Below are positions 61,726-64,000 of a DNA stretch of 64,000 nucleotides, in pieces. Made by a program: the position numbers and the translations under genes. The stretch covers positions 471 through 64,470 of IMG/VR virus record IMGVR_UViG_3300038379_000484; one strand, given 5' to 3'. Under the pieces are notes generated by a model. The model was not told where the DNA came from and ran no database searches. It saw only the letters and a list, made by a program, of their open reading frames with translations. The first letter of the stretch is position 1. Every line of letters begins with the position of its first letter. The DNA is from a virus.

Positions 61726-63389
61726 TGCCCGGGCTCAAGTTCAATCAGTTCGCTGGGATGGCGCCGAGGGTAAACGATCGTGCGCGCTCCGCGCAGATCG
61801 CCGACCTCGCGCTCGACGTGAATCTTGACGAGGGCACGCTTCGTCCGTGGCGTCAGCCTCTGGAGGTGCACGAATCCGGCTTCGACAAGGTGCTGGCCAT
61901 GATCCTCGTCGACTGCTGCTGGCTCACCACGGACAAGTGCGTGAGCTTCTGCGTACCTTGGCCATCCTGCCCATTCGTTGTGAAGGCTGGAGACGGTGTG
62001 CCGGTTTATGCGACCTTCGCGGACGCCTGCATCGGAGACTGGTGTCCGCTGACGTGGCCGTGCCCTGACGTCGCGCCAACGCCTTCGCCAACGCGATCCG
62101 CGCCGTCGGTCGAGGAGCGCGGCTACGAGACGCGAGCCTATCGCTATGCGTGGGTGAACAGGTACGGCCACGAGACCGGTGGTTCTCCGCCGTCATTCCC
62201 GATCAACGCGAACGATGGCGATGCCATTGTCGTTCAGATCCCGCCAGCGCCTGACGGCTACTGCATCGAAGGCGTTCGGCTCTATCGCACCGGCACGCCT
62301 TTCGAGACCGGCGCGGAGAAGTCGAATCCGATGAACACGGAATGGTTCCTTGTCGGAGAGTTCGATGCCGGGATCGGTGTCGTCACCGACAACATCCCCA
62401 GCCGTGACCTCTCCGCCGGGCAGAGCGCGCCCGCCACGTTCCTCGGCGATGAGCGCTTGCCCGCTCCCGACGATCTCATCGAGGTGGTCACGCTGGAGAA
62501 CGGCCAGATGGCGGGGATCTCGCCGTCGCTCAGGATGGTGGTGATGAGCGAGCCATTCCTGCCCACGTCATGGCCCGTGCGCTATCGCAAGATGCTCTGG
62601 GACGACGAGTACCCGATCGCGCTCGCCTCGATCGGTTCTGTGCTCTATGTCGGCACCAACGGTCGGCCCTACACGATCAACGCCGTGCAGCAGGAGAGCA
62701 ACGCCGATGGCAGGCACGGTGTCTTCCGCTTCCGCGAGCCCAGCCCGTGTCTGAGCCCGCGCAGCATGTGTGCAGGGGCTGGCGCTGTCTACTTCGCCAG
62801 CCTTGACGGACTGGTTGCGCTCTCCGGCACACAGCAGCGCGTGATCTCGGAGGAGTTGTGGTCGAAGGATCAGTGGCGTTCGCTTCATCCGAGCCGGATG
62901 ATTGGCGCCGTGCACGACGGCCACTACCTCGGCTTCAGCGACAACGCCGGCTTTAGGCTGCGCACCGCCGAGCAAGAACACACCGATCAGCGCACGGCGA
63001 TGCTCACCTACCTTTCGGACAGGCCAGATGCGATCTGGCTCTCCGACCACGGCAGCCTCTACATGGCCAAGGCCAACATCGTCAGCCAGTGGAACGCCGG
63101 CAACGTGCTGAGACCGTATAGGTGGCGATGCACGGAGTTCCAGTGGGCGAGGCGCACATCGCTCACCGCCTACTACGCGCAGTTCGAGAACCTTGGTCCG
63201 GTCGACGTTACCGTCTCCACGGAGAAGGGTGCGTTCACGCACTCTCCGCTGAACAGCGACATCAACCGGCTCCCGAACTGGATGAGCGTGACCGAAACCC
63301 AGATCACGCTCGCCGGGACGGGAGAAGTATCCGAGTTCGCGATCGGCACCTCGATCAAGGAGACGTTCAGGGCCGGGGCTCAGGTATGA
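61725..63389 (+). CDS. tail nozzle / stabilisation protein (P22 gp10/T7 gp12-like), 554 aa
   Basis: F.GMAPR...L..G.LRP N-terminus; Y.Y.WVN..G.E..S; SEPFLP..WP..Y; beta-propeller-like repeats. Confidence 0.72.
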   Translation: MPGLKFNQFAGMAPRVNDRARSAQIADLALDVNLDEGTLRPWRQPLEVHESGFDKVLAMILVDCCWLTTDKCVSFCVPWPSCPFVVKAGDGVPVYATFADACIGDWCPLTWPCPDVAPTPSPTRSAPSVEERGYETRAYRYAWVNRYGHETGGSPPSFPINANDGDAIVVQIPPAPDGYCIEGVRLYRTGTPFETGAEKSNPMNTEWFLVGEFDAGIGVVTDNIPSRDLSAGQSAPATFLGDERLPAPDDLIEVVTLENGQMAGISPSLRMVVMSEPFLPTSWPVRYRKMLWDDEYPIALASIGSVLYVGTNGRPYTINAVQQESNADGRHGVFRFREPSPCLSPRSMCAGAGAVYFASLDGLVALSGTQQRVISEELWSKDQWRSLHPSRMIGAVHDGHYLGFSDNAGFRLRTAEQEHTDQRTAMLTYLSDRPDAIWLSDHGSLYMAKANIVSQWNAGNVLRPYRWRCTEFQWARRTSLTAYYAQFENLGPVDVTVSTEKGAFTHSPLNSDINRLPNWMSVTETQITLAGTGEVSEFAIGTSIKETFRAGAQV

Positions 63390-63865
63390 ACGCGGCGGTG
63401 AAACAACTGGCGTCGTTTCGTCTGGAAAGCTACTCCGACAAGGAGAGCTTCACGCGGATGCTGGACGAATGCATGCAGGTCTACGCGGAGATGTGGGACA
63501 AAGGCTACTCGCGTCAGGCCGGGCACGACTTCAACCCGCACCTCGAAACGCTGCTCGGGCTCGTTGCCTCCGGCACGCGCAGGTTCGTGACGGCGAGGAT
63601 CGACGGCAAGATCGTGGCCTTGCAGAACTGGTACTTCATGCGCGATTTCGAGTCGAAGACGCGAGTGAGCGCGTACATGACCGGGATCTACAAGCGCAGC
63701 CCGGAGGTGTGCGACACCGTGCAGTTCATCAGGTTCGGCATCGAGGCGATGCGCGCGGCTGGCGCGAATCAGATTTTGCTCGGCGCTTACGCAGCCAGAC
63801 CCGGCCTCCGCGAGAAAATGGAAGCTGCTGGCGGCAAGGTCGTCGAATACGTGCTGGAGGTGTGA
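63386..63865 (+). CDS. GNAT-fold internal virion protein, 159 aa
   Basis: VTARIDGKIVA and F...AMRAAGA..I patterns; position between nozzle and ejection genes. Confidence 0.55.
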   Translation: MNAAVKQLASFRLESYSDKESFTRMLDECMQVYAEMWDKGYSRQAGHDFNPHLETLLGLVASGTRRFVTARIDGKIVALQNWYFMRDFESKTRVSAYMTGIYKRSPEVCDTVQFIRFGIEAMRAAGANQILLGAYAARPGLREKMEAAGGKVVEYVLEV

Positions 63866-64000
63866 TGGTCACTACGGCTGCGATCATTGGCGTGGTGGGT
63901 AGCGTTGTCGCCGCGGGGATCTCTGCGTCCGGGCAGGCAAGCGCCGCCGCTACGACGAAGGAGGCTGCCGAGCTTCAGACGCAGGTCGCGCGCGAGCTTC
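63865..64000 (+). CDS. internal virion protein, N-terminus (3'-truncated by window edge)
   Basis: MVTTAAIIGVVGSVVAAGISA hydrophobic N-terminus typical of the first ejection protein; TGATG coupling. Confidence 0.65.
   Translation, partial: MVTTAAIIGVVGSVVAAGISASGQASAAATTKEAAELQTQVAREL

Noticed and set aside
1-64000. CRISPR array or cas genes
   Set aside because: No regularly spaced 25-45-bp direct repeats or cas motifs were seen by eye.

Overview
This window is almost entirely one GC-rich (about two-thirds G+C by eye) tailed-phage genome of a Gram-negative host (it encodes Rz/Rz1 spanins), with podovirus-like architecture. It opens and closes inside what looks like the same internal-virion gene, so it is probably a near-complete, circularly permuted genome slightly over 64 kb. 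Layout: ejection proteins, including an SLT and a 2502-aa polyvalent protein (1-10.3 kb); lysis cassette (11.3-12.9 kb); small leftward operon with NinB and a FlbD-like gene (12.9-15.4 kb); structured non-coding region and lambdoid replication module (16-19.3 kb); recombination/SSB/anti-defence genes (19.6-23.2 kb); a self-contained operon of exported proteins (23.2-25.9 kb); RusA and a second peptidoglycan peptidase (26-28 kb); a long leftward cluster of small unknown early genes (28-36.4 kb); a non-coding hub (36.6-37.4 kb); terminase and portal (37.4-41.8 kb); a 14-kb block of cysteine-rich fibre-like genes (41.8-55.8 kb); scaffold, capsid and tail genes (55.8-64 kb). I saw no integrase, ParA/ParB, DNA polymerase, helicase, reverse transcriptase or CRISPR array. 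The most striking observations: (i) a perfect chromosomal-type parS site beside a tRNA-like RNA with no anticodon arm, inside a hub bracketed by 17-bp inverted repeats, plus two identical DnaA-box 12-mers near the origin; (ii) outer virion proteins are very Cys-rich while ejected proteins and scaffold are almost Cys-free; (iii) a genome-wide palindromic operator GWCAGGATCCTGWC; (iv) a candidate ~380-nt structured RNA; (v) an operon of exported Gly/Gln/Asn-rich proteins. Family calls are from motif recognition only; no searches were run.
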